Of a stretch of 64,000 bases of DNA, positions 36,878-48,541 are shown piece by piece. The translations under genes and the position numbers were made by a program. Origin of the DNA: Mobula hypostoma (Eukaryota); assembly GCF_963921235.1 (NCBI RefSeq), contig NC_086097.1:620001-684000 (forward strand). Reading direction: 5' to 3'. Below the pieces are notes generated by a model. It was not told the DNA's origin. It did not search any database and saw nothing but the letters and a program-made list of their open reading frames with translations. Each line of letters opens with the position of its first letter. Positions within the stretch are counted from its first letter, which is position 1.

Positions 36878-39800
36878 ATAGAAACATAGAAACATAGAAA
36901 ATGCAGGAGTAGGCCATTCGGCCCTTCGAGCCTGCAATGCCATTCAGTATGATCATGGCTGATCATCCAACTCAGAACCCTGTACCTGCCTTCTCTCTAT
37001 GCACCCTGATCCCTTTAGCCACAAGGGCCATATCTAACTCCCTCTTAAATATAGCCAATGAACTGGCCTCAACTGTTTCCTGTGGCAGAGAATTCCACAG
37101 ATTCACCACTTTCTGTGTGAAGAAGTTTTTCCTCATCTTCGTCCTAAAAGACTTCCCCTTTATCCTCAAACTGTGACCCCTCGTTCTGGACTTCCCCAAC
37201 ATCGGGAACAATCTTCCTATATCTAGCCTGTCCAATCCCTTTAGAATTCTATACGTTTCAATAAGATCCCCCCTCAATCTTCGAAATTCCAGAGAGTATA
37301 AGCCTAGTCAATCTAGTCTATCATCATATGAAAGTCCTGCCATCCCAGGAATCAATCTGGTGAACCTTCTTTGTACTCCCTGTATGGCAAGGATGTCTTT
37401 CCTCAGATTAGGGGACCAAAACTGCACACAATACTCCAGGTGTGGTTTCACCAAGGCCTTGTACAACTGCAGTAGTACCTCCCTGCTCCTGTATTCGAAT
37501 CCTCTTGCTATAAATGCCAGCATACCATTCGCCTTTTTCACCGCCTGCTGTACCTGCATGCCCATTTTCAATGACTAGTGTATAATGACACCCAGGTCTC
37601 GTTGCACCTCCCCTTTTCCTAATCGGCCACCATTCAGATAATAATCTGTTTTCCTGTTCTTGCCACCAAAGTGGATAACCTCACATTTATCCACATCAAA
37701 TTGCATCTGCCATGAATTTGCCCACTCACCTAACCTATCCAAGTCACCCTGCATCCTCTTAGCATCCTCCTCACAGCTAGCACTGCCGCCCAGCTTCGTG
37801 TCGTCTGCAAACTTGGAGATGCTGCATTTAATTCCCTCGTCTAAGTCATTAATATATATTGTAAACAACTGGGGTCCCAGCACTGAGCCTTGCGGTACCC
37901 CACTAGTCACTGCCTGCCATTCTGAAAAGGTCCCGTTTATTCCCACTCTTTGCTTCCTGTCTGCCAACCAATTCTCTATCCAGATCAATACCATACCCCC
38001 AATACCGTGCGCTTTAAGTTTGCACACTAATCTCCTGTGTGGGACCTTGTCAAAAGCCTTTTAAAAATCCAAGTATACCACATCCACTGGTTCTCCCCTA
38101 TCCACTCTACTAGTTACGTCCTCAAAAAATTCTATGAGATTCGTTAGACATGATTTTCCTTTCCCAAATCCATGCTGATTTTGTCTGATGATTCCCCCTT
38201 TATCACAGCTATTCATGTGCTGTTATCACATCATTGATAACTGACTCTAGCATTTTCCCCACCACCGATGTCAGGCTTACCGGTCAATAATTTCCCGGTT
38301 TCTCTCTCCCTCCTTTTTTAAAAAGCGGGGTTACATTAGCCACCCTCCAATCCTCAGGAACTAATCCAGAATCTAAAGAGTTTTGAAAAATTATCACTAA
38401 TGCATCCACTATTTCCTGGGCTACTTCCTTAAGCACTCTGGGATGCAGACCATCTGGCCCTGGGGATTGATCTGCCTTTAATCCCTTCAATTTACCAAAC
38501 ACCACTTCCCTACTAACATGTATTTCCCTTAGTTCCTCCATCTCACTAGACCCTAGGTCCCCTACTATTTCTGAAAGATTATTTATATCGTCCTTAGTGA
38601 TGACAGAACCAAAGTAGTTATTCAATTGGTCTGCCATGTCCTTGTTCCCATGATCAATTCACCTGTTTCTGACTGTAAGGGACCTACATTTGTCTTAACC
38701 AATCTTTTTCTTTTCACATATCTATAAAAGCTTTTACAGTCAGTTTTTATGTTCCCTGCCAGCTTTCTCTCATAATCTTTTCTCCCTTTCCTAATTAAGC
38801 CCTTTGTCCTCCTCTGCTGGACTCTGAATTTCTCCCAGTCCTCAGGTGTGCCGCTTTTTCTGGCTAATTTGTATGTTTCTTCTTTGGAATTGATACTATC
38901 CCTAATTTCCTTTGTTAGCCACGGGTGCACTATCTTCCCTGGTCTATTCTTTTGCCAAACTGGGATGAACAATTGTTGTAGTTCACCCATGCAATCTTCA
39001 AATGCTTGCCATTGCATATCCACCGTCAACCCTTTAAGTATCATTTGCCAGTCTGTCATAGCTAATTCATGCCTCATACCTTCAAAGTTACCCATCTTTA
39101 AGTTCAGAACCTTTGTTTCTGAATTAACTATATCACCCTCCATCTTGGTCACTCTTACCCAAGGGGCCTTGCACGACAAGATTGGTAACTAACCCTTCCT
39201 CATTGCTCAATACCCAGTCCAGAATGGCCTGCTCTCTCATTGGTTCCTCGACATGTTGGTTCAGAAAACTATCTCACATATATTCCAAGAAATCCTCTTC
39301 CTCAGCACCCTTACCAATTTAGTTCACCCAATCTAGATTTAGGTTGAAGTCACCCATCATAACTGCTGTTCCTTTATTGCACGCATTTCTAATTTCCTGT
39401 TTAATGCCATCCCCAACCTCACTACTACTGTTAGGTGGCCTGTACACAACTCTCACCAGTGTTTTCTGCTCCTTAGTGTTATGCAGCTCTACCCATATCG
39501 ATTCCACATCCTCCCGGCTAACGTCCTTCCTTTCTATTGCGTTAATCTCCTCTCATAGAACATAGAATAGTACAGCACATTACAGGCCCTTCGGCTCACA
39601 ATGTTGTGCCAACCCTCAAATCCTGCCTCCCATATAACCACCCACTTTAAATTCCTCCATATACCCGTCTAATAGTCTTTTAAACTTCACAAGTGTATCT
39701 GCATCCACCACTGACTCAGGCAGTGCATTCCACGCCCCAACCACTCTCTGAGTAAAGAACCTTCCTCTAATATCCCCCTTGAACTTCCCACCCCTTACCT

Positions 39801-41687
39801 TAAGGCCATGTCCTCTTGTATTGAGCAGTGGTGCCCTGGGGAAGAGGCACTGGCTATCCACTCTATCTATTCCTCTTATTATCTTGTACACCTCTATCAT
39901 GTCCCCAAAGAGTAAAGCCCTAGCTCCCTTAATCTCTGATCATAATGCATACTCTCTAAACCAGGCAGCATCCTGGTAAATCTCCTCTGTACCCTTTCCA
40001 ATGCTTCCACATCCTTCCTATAGTGAGGCGACCAGAACTGGACACAGTACTCCAAGTGTGGCCTAACCAGAGTTTTATAGAGCTGCATCAATACATCACG
40101 ACTCTTAAACTCTATCCCTCGACTTATGAAAGCTAACACCCCATAAGCTTTCTTAACTACCCTATCTACCGGTGAGGCAACTTTCAGGGATCTGTGGACA
40201 TGTACCCCCAGATCCCTCTGCTCCTCCACACTACCAATATCCTGCCATTTACTTTGTACTCTGCCTTGGAGTTTGTCCTTCCAAAGTGTACCACCTCACA
40301 TTTCTCCGGGTTGAACTCCATCTGCCACTTCTCAGCCCACTTCAGCATCCTATCAATGTCTCTCTGCAATCTTTGACAATCCTCTACAGTATCTACAACA
40401 CCATCAACCTTTGTGTCATCTGCAAACTTGCCAACCCACCCCTTTACCCCACATCCAGGTGGTTAATAAAAATCACGAAAAGTAGTGGTCCCAGAACAGA
40501 TCCTTGTGGGATACCACTAGGCACAATCCTCCAATCTGAATGTACTCCCTCCACCACGACCTTCTGCCTTCTGCAGGCAAGCCAATTCTGAATCCACCTG
40601 GCCAAACTTCCCTGGATCCCATGCCTTCTGACTTTCTGAATAAGCCTACCGTGTGGAACCTTGTCAAATGCCTTACTAAAATCCATATAGATCACATCCA
40701 CTGCACTACCCTCATGTATACGCATGGTCACCTGCTCAATGAACTCTATCAGGCTTGTTAGACACGATTTGCTCTTTCCCAAAGCCATGCTGACTGTCCC
40801 TGATCAGACCATGATTCTCTAAATGCCTATAGATCCTATCTCTAAGAATCTTTTCCAACAGCTTTCCCAACACAGACGTAAGGCTCACTGGTCTACAATT
40901 ACCCGGACTATCCCTACTACCTTTTTTGAACAAGGGGACAACATTCACCTCCCTCCAATCCTCTGGTACCATGCCCGTGGACAACCAGGACATAAAGATT
41001 CTAGCCAGAGGCTCAGCAATCTCTTCCCTCGTCTCATGGAGCAGCCTGGGGAATATTCCATCAGGCCTCACTGCTCTCTAACCAGCAATGCCACCCCACC
41101 TCCTTTCCTTTCATGTCTATCCCTCCTGAATATTGAATATCCCTGAATGTTGAGCTCCCATCCTTGGTCACCCTGGAGCCATGTCTCTGTGATCCCAACT
41201 ATATCATATTCATTAATAACTATCTGCACATTCAATTCATCCACCTTGTTACGAATGCTCCTTGCATTGACACACAAAGACTTCAGGCTCGCTTTTACAA
41301 CACTCTTAGCCCTTATACAATTATGTTGAAAAGTGGCCCTTTTTGATTTTTACCCTGGATTTGCCGGCCTGCCACTTTTACTTTTCACCTTACTACTGTT
41401 TGCTTCTACCCTCATTTTACACCCCTCTGTCTCTCTGCACTTGTTCCCAACCCCCTGCCACATTAGTTTAGATCCTCCTGAACAACAATAGCAAACGCTC
41501 CCCCTAGGACATTGGTTCCAGTCCAGCCCAGGTGCAGACCATCCTGTTTGTACCAGTCCCACCTCCTCCAGGACTGGTTCCAATGCCCCAGAAATTTGAA
41601 TCCCTCCCCGTTGCATCATTTTTCAAGCCACATATTCATCTGACATATCCTCCTATTTCTACTCTGACTAGCACGTGGCACGTGGCA
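36878..41687 (-). mobile_element. CR1 LINE (ORF1 end to 3' tail; 36878-39553 + 41075-41687), same subfamily as 22933-24370
   Basis: ORFs 41068-41277 (CVNARSIRNK), 39319-39507, 38284-38637, 37575-38027 (FADDTK) and 36972-37277. Confidence 0.9.
39554..41074 (-). mobile_element. 5'-truncated CR1 (copy C, subfamily of copies A/B) nested in CR1
   Basis: Colinear with 2010-3540. The host gttaatctcctct|ctaaccagcaatg resumes across it. Confidence 0.9.
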
Positions 41688-42885
41688 CTCGATCGACCCG
41701 GGGACTTTGAGACTTTTTTTACTGTGCCCGTGGTTTGTTCTTCATCAAATTATGGTTTCGCTTTGCACTGCTGTAACTATATGTTATAATTATGTGGATC
41801 TGTCAGTGTTAGTCTTTGGTTTGTCCTGTTTTCTGTGATATCACTCCGGAGAAACATTGTATCATTTCTTAATGCATGTATGCATTTCCAAATGACAATA
41901 AAAGAGGACTAAATGTTCTCACAATCTAAAAAATTCACCACCCTTTGGCGAAAGAAATTTCTCTGCATCTCTGTTTTGAAAGGGCGCCCCACTGTCCTGA
42001 GGCTGTGCCCTCTTGTCCAAGACTCTCCCACCATGGGAAACATCCTTTCAATATCTACCCTGTCTAGGCCTTTTAACATTAGATAACCCTTTCATTCCTG
42101 GAATCATCCTTGTGAACCTGCTCTGGACCCCCTCCAATGTCAGCATATCTTTTCTAAGATGAGGGGCCGAAAACCTGTTCACAGTTCTCAAGCTGAGGCC
42201 TCACCAGTGCCTTATAAAGCCTCAGCATCACATCCTTGCTCTTGTATTCTAGACCTCTTGAAATGAATGCTAACGTGCCATTTGCCTTCCACACCACCGA
42301 CTCTACCTGCAAGTTAACCTGCAGGGTGTTCTGCACAAGGGCTCCCACGTCCATTTGCATCTCAGATTTTTGGATTTCTCCCCATTTAGAAAATAGTCCG
42401 CACATTTATTTCTACTACCAAAGTGTATGACCATGAATTTTCCAACATTATATTTCATTTGCCAATTTCTTGCCTATTCTCCTGATCTGTCTAAGTCCTT
42501 CTGCAACCTACCTGTTTCCTCAAAACTACCTGCTACTCCACCTATCTTAGTATCATCTGCAAAAGATATCTATTCCATCATCTAAATCATTTATATACAG
42601 CATAAAAAGAAGTGCTCCCAACACTGACTCCTGCAGAACACCACTCGTCACTGGCAGCCAATCAGACAAGGATCGTTTTTATTCCCACTCACTGCCTCCT
42701 ATCAATTGGCCAATGCTCTAACTATGTTAGTAACCTTCCTGTAATACCATAGGCTCTTAACTTGGTAAGCAGCCTCATGTGTGGCACCTTGTCAAAGGCC
42801 TTCTGAAAGTCCAAATATACAACATCCAATGTCTCCCCTTTGTTGATCCTACTTGTAATCTCCTCAAAGAAGATTCCAACATGTT

Positions 42886-45800
42886 CACAGAAACATAGAA
42901 AACCTACAGCACAATACAGGCCCTTCAGCGCACAGCCGAACATGTCCTTACCTTAGAAATTACTAGGCTTACCTATAGCCCTCTATTTTTCTAAGCTCCA
43001 TGTACCTATCCAAAACCCTCTGAAAAGACGTTACCGTATCCGCATCCACCACTGTTGCCGGCAGCCCATTCCACACTCTCACCACTCTCTGAGTAAAAAA
43101 ACTTACCCCTGACATCTCCTCTGTACCTACTCCCAAGCACCTTAAACCTGTGTCCTCTTGTGGCAACCATTTTAGCCCTGGGAAAAAGCCTCTGACTATC
43201 AACACGATCAATGCCTCTCATCACTTTATACACCTCTATCAGGTCACCTCTCATCCTCCGTTGCTCCAAGGAGAGAAGGCCGAGTTCACTCAACCTATTC
43301 TCATAAGGCATGCTCCCCAATCCAGGAAACATCCTTGTAAATCTCCTCTGCACCCTTTCTATGGTTTCCACATCCTTCCTGTAGTGAGGTGACCAGAACT
43401 GAGCACAGTACTCCAAGTGGGGTCTGACAAGGGTCCAAAATAGCTGCAACATTACCTCTCGGCTCCTAAATTCAATTCCACGATTGATCAAGGCCAATAC
43501 ACCGCATGCCTTCTTAACCACAGAGTCAACCTGCGCAGCTGCTTTGAGCGTCCTATGGACTCGGACCCCATGATCCCTCTGTTCCTCCACACTGCCAAGA
43601 GTCTTACCATTAATACTATATTCTGCCATCATATTTGACCTAACAAAATGAACCACCTCACACCTATCTGGGTTGAACTCCATCTGCCACTTCTCAGCCC
43701 AGTTTTGCATCCTATCAATGTCCCGCTGTAACCTCTGACAGCCCTTCACATGATCCACAATAACCCTGACCTTTGTGTCATCAGCAAATTTACTAACCTA
43801 TCCCTCCACTTCCTCATCCAGGTCATTTATAAAAATCACAAAGAGTAGATGTCCCAGAACAGATTCCTGAGGCACTGCACTGGTGACCGACCTCCATGCA
43901 GAATATGACCCGTATACAACCACTCTTTGCCTTCTGTGAGCAAGCCAGTTCTGGATCCACAAAGCAATGTCCCCTTGGATCCTATGCCTCCTTACTTTCT
44001 CAGTAAGCCTTGTTTGGGGTACCTTTTCAATTCCCTTGCTGAAATCCATATATACTACATCTACTGCTCTTCCTTCATCAATGTGTTTAGTCACATCCTC
44101 AAAAAATTCAATTAGGCTCGTAAGGCATGACCTGCCCTTGACAAAGCCATGCTGACTACTCCTAACCATTCCAAATGTTCATAAATCCTGCATCTCAGGA
44201 TCTTCTCCATCAACTTACCAACCACTGAGGTAAGATTCACTGGTCTATAATTTCCTGGGCTATCTCTACTCCCTTTCTTGAATAAAGGAACAGTATTCGC
44301 AAACCTCGAATCCTCCAGAACCTCTCCCGTCCCCATTGATGATGCAAAGATCATCGCCAGAGGCTCAGCAATCTCTTCCCTCACCTCCCACAGTAGCCTA
44401 TGGTGTATCTCATCCAGTCCCGGCGACTTATCCAACTTGATGCTTTCCAAAAGCTCCAGCACATTCTCTTTCTTAACATCTACATGCTCAAGCTTTTCAG
44501 TCTGCTGCAGATCATCACAATCACCAAGATCCTTTTCCATAGTGAATGCAGAAGTAAAGTATTCATTAAGTACCTCTGCTATTTCCTCCGGTTCCATACA
44601 TACTTTCCCACTGTCACACTTGATGGGTCCTATTCTTTCACGTCTTATCCTCTTGCTCTTCACTTACCTGTAGAATGCCTTGGGGTCCTGCCCACCAAGG
44701 CCTTCTCAAGGACCCTTCTGGCTCTCCTAATTTCCTTCTTAAGATCCTTCCTATTAGCCTTATAAACTTCTAGATCTCTAACATTACCTAGCTCCTGAAC
44801 CTTTTGTAAGCTTTTCTTTTCTTCTTGACTAGATTTATTACAGCCTTTGTACACCACGGTTCCTGTACCCTACCATAACTTCCCTGTCTCATTAGAACTC
44901 CACACAAATATCCCCTGAACATTTGCCACATTTCTTCCATACTTTTCCCTGAGAACGTCTGTTTCTAATTGAAGCTTCCAATTTCCTGCCTGATAGCCTC
45001 ATAATTCCCTTTACTCCAATTAAACGCTTTTCTAACTTGTCTGTTCCTATCTCTCTCCAATGCTATTGCAAAGGAGATAGAATTATGATCACTAACTCCA
45101 AAATGCTCTCCCACTGAGAGATCTGACACCTGACCAGGTTCATTTCCCAATACCAAATCAAGTACAGCCTCTCCTCTTGTAGGCTTATCTACATATTGTG
45201 TCAAGAAACCTTCCTGAACACACCTAACAAACTGCGCCCCATCTAAACCCTAGGGAGATGCCAACTGATGTTTGGGAAATTAAAATCTCCCATCACGACA
45301 ACTCTGTTATTATTACATCTTTCCAGGATCTGTTTCCCTATCTGCTCCTCGATATTTCTGTTACTATTGGGCAGCCTATAAAAAACACCCAGAAAAGTTA
45401 TTGATCCCTTCCAGTTCCTAACCTCCACCCACAGAGACTCCATAGACGATCCCTCCATGGTGTCCACCTTTTCTGCAACCGTGACACTATCTCTGATCAA
45501 CAGTGCCATGCCCCCACCTCTTTTGCCTCCCTCCCTGTCCTTTCTGAAACATCTAAAACCCAGCACTTGAAGTAACCATTCCTGTCCCTGAGCCATCCAA
45601 GCCTCTGTAATGGCCACCACATCATATCTCCAAGTACCGATCCGCGCTCTAAGCTCATTCGCTTTGTTCACAACAGTCCTTGTATTAAAATTGATGCATC
45701 TCAAACCTTCCCTTCTCTATCTCCCGCCTATCCTCCCTCTCGCACTGTCTACAAGCTTTCTCTATTTTTGAGCAAACCTCCTCTTCCCCAGTCTCTTCAG

Positions 45801-46520
45801 CTCGGTTCCCACCCCCCAACAATTCTAGTTTAAACTCTCCCCAGTAGCCTTAGCAAACCTCCCCGCCAGGATATTGGTCCCCCTGGGATTCAAGTGCAAC
45901 CAGTCCTTTTAGTACTGGTCACACCTGCCCCAAAAGAGGTCCCAATGATCCAGAAATCTGAATCCCTGCCCCCTGCCCCCTGCCCCCTGCCCCAATCCCT
46001 CAGCCACACATTTATCCTCCACCTCATTCTATTCCTATTCTCACTGTTGTGTGGCACAGGCAGTAATCCCAAGATTACTACCTTTGCAGTCCTGCTTCTC
46101 AACTTCCTTCCTAACTCCCTGTCATCTTTTTTCAGGACCTCTTTCCTTTTTCTGCCTATATCATTGGTACCAATATATATCACGACCTCTGGCTGTTCTC
46201 CCTCCCACCGCAGGATATCTTGGACATAATCTGAAACATCCCGGACCCTGGCACCTGGGAGGCAAACTACCACCCAAGTTTCTTTCCTCTGTCCACAGAA
46301 TTGCCTGTCTGACCCCTAAGTATAGAGTCCCCTATCACTCTTCCTTTCTCTACCCTTCTGAGCCACAGGGCTGGACTCTGTGCCAGAGGCGCAGCCACTG
46401 TTGCTTCCCCCAGGTAGGCAGCTCCCCCCCCAACAGTACTCAAACAGGAGTACTTATTGTCAAGGGGTACAGCCACAGGGGTACTCTATAGTACCTGACT
46501 CTTCTAATTCCCCCTCCTGA
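42886..46520 (-). mobile_element. Near-full CR1 (ORF1 SGNH esterase + ORF2), decayed
   Basis: ORF1 VIGDS, CLPGARVRDVS, VVIYIGTNDIG; APE 45243-45704; RT 43006-44663; tail at about 42890. Confidence 0.9.
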
Positions 46521-48330
46521 CACTGGGGCCTGTGTCAGCACCCTTTTCAGAGATTGGAACGCCTCCTCACATTGAGCATCCCACCTTGATCCAAAAGGCT
46601 CCGCCAGGTTCAAGTATCCGCTTGCCTCCTGGCCTCAGTTTCCCTTCCTTTTCTTCCCCACAGGTGGATAGCCACACAACAGGTGGTTGAATGGGTGACT
46701 CATTTTAGTGTATCCTTTCACGAATCGCTGGTAATACCCACAGAACCCCAAAAACGAGCGCAGGGCGCTCACCTTCTGGGGTCTCGGCCAGGTGGTCACT
46801 GCGGCTATCTTAGGCGGATCAATAGCCACTCCATTTCATGAAATTAAGTGTCCGACATAGCTGACCGACAGCTTACAGAAATGGCATTTATCCAGGGAAA
46901 GTTTCAACTCTTCCTCCTTCAGCCGACTCAGCACCTTCAGCAGCCGCTCCTCATATTCCAAACACTATCAGGTCATCCAGATACACCAACACCTCCAGCA
47001 GGTTCATATCCCCCACTGTCCTCCCCATGAGCTGCTGGAAGGTGGCTGGGGCCCCCGATATGCCTTGGGGCATTCGTTCGAAATGAAAAAATCCCGGGGG
47101 CCAGATAAAGGTCGTCTTCTCTTTATCGGCCTCACTCATCGGAATCTGGTAATACCCACTCCGCAAATCCAATACACTAAACCACTGCGCACCACTTAAA
47201 CAGGCCAATGCATCTTCCACCCTCGGGACTGTATACTAGTTGGGGACAGTGCACCGGTTCAGGGTCCTATAGTTCACGCACATGCGTACCTTCCCATTTT
47301 CTTCCTAGCCACTACTATGGAGCACCGCATAGGGGCTCCAGGACTCTTCGATAATCCCTGCATCCCTCAACTGCCGCAAGTGCAGCCGCACATCTTCCAC
47401 ATCTGCTGGGCCAACCGCTGCGACCTTTCTCTAAACGGGGTGTCATTTGTCACCTGGATAGTGTGATGAGTGCTCTTGGAACAGCCCACATCAAACTCGC
47501 CCTGAGAAAAGACATCCCCTAGCTTCAGCGGCTTCTCCACCAGCCTGCTCTTATAATCCGGCGGTACAGGGGAGTCCTTAAAATTAAAGGCCTCCTCGGT
47601 CAGCCGCCCCCTGTTCTCCAATAGTTTTCCTCCAGTGGGCCTCACGGGGGCGCTAGACATCACCGTCACCAGGAACAAGTGTGCGAGGGGCATCCTGTGC
47701 TTAAAGGTGATCTCCCTTTCCGTTGTGTTCCTTACAATCACCCCCATCCGCCGTGCCTGTACAGCTGAGGGCGTCTGCAATTCAGGTCTCACCAGTACCC
47801 CAGCCGGGAACCGGGACTCCCCCTCAAGGTCTTCCGGGGTGTCTACTAACAGGGCCTCGCCCGCCAGTACTCCAGGAGACCTGGGGGTCCCCATCACTAC
47901 TGCCACCTCCCCTGGCTGTATCACTTTAGGCCTCACCTGAGTACACCACACCGTCCCTCGTTTGAACTCAGGATCCAGCCACGTAGGGTCACCCGCTTCT
48001 TCATACACCGCTTGAAACACTGGGTGTACTGAGAGGGTCTCCAGAAAGTTCTCCCCCGCCTTCTCCTTACAGGCTCCCAGGAGCCGTCGCACAAGAGGGG
48101 AGTTAGTCCCCACCAGCAGGGCAGCGCCACCAGTTTCCACTGGGTCCGGACAAATCAACACCAACGTCTCAAGGGCTTCCGACACTCCCACATCACCCTC
48201 TGAGAATTCCAATCTCACTGACAGGTACCCATTGTACGGGTAATCACCGTCACTTATGCCCCAAATCTCCAGTGCATTAAACGGGGTTACTGGCAAATGC
48301 TTCAGATATTTGTTGTAGAACGACCAGTAC

Positions 48331-48384
48331 ATAGTCATAGTCATAGTCATACTTTATTGATCCCGGGGGAAATTGGTTTTTGTT
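48331..48384 (-). mobile_element. About 55-bp Rex1 3'-tail insertion in Gypsy protease
   Basis: Reverse complement of aaaccaatttcccccgggatcaataaagtatgactatgactatg, matching the Rex1 tail at 28160-28203. Confidence 0.8.
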
Positions 48385-48414
48385 ACAGTAAGGTAACCTG
48401 TGATCCGGTGTCAA

Positions 48415-48541
48415 CGAAGGGTCTCGGCCTGAAACATCGACTGCACCTCTTCCTAGAGATGCTGCCTGGCCTGCTGCGTTCACCAGCAACTTTTATGTGT
48501 GTTGCTTGAATTTCCAGCATCTGCAGAATTCCTGTTGTTAT
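48415..48541 (+). mobile_element. Short Penelope pLTR-derived insertion with 12-bp TSD
   Basis: ATCCGGTGTCAA at 48403-48414 and 48542-48553. The body starts inside the hammerhead core (CGAAGGGTCTCGGCCTGAAACATC). Confidence 0.85.

Larger units (their letters stand above)
36436..41930 (+). mobile_element. Unclassified non-coding element of about 0.7 kb (36436-36877 + 41688-41930), split by CR1s
   Basis: CpG-rich 5' part starts gaggagAAGATGGCGGCG. The 3' part matches 1-188 and 52415-52575. Confidence 0.65.
36215..42885 (-). mobile_element. Old CR1 3' half (36215-36435, 41931-42885), the outermost layer of a nest
   Basis: Sequence ...ggcaacaaattcaacaaatt|...|aattcaccaccctttgg continues across the gap. 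RT motifs ([12 protein letters not shown]) at 42760-42880. Confidence 0.75.
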
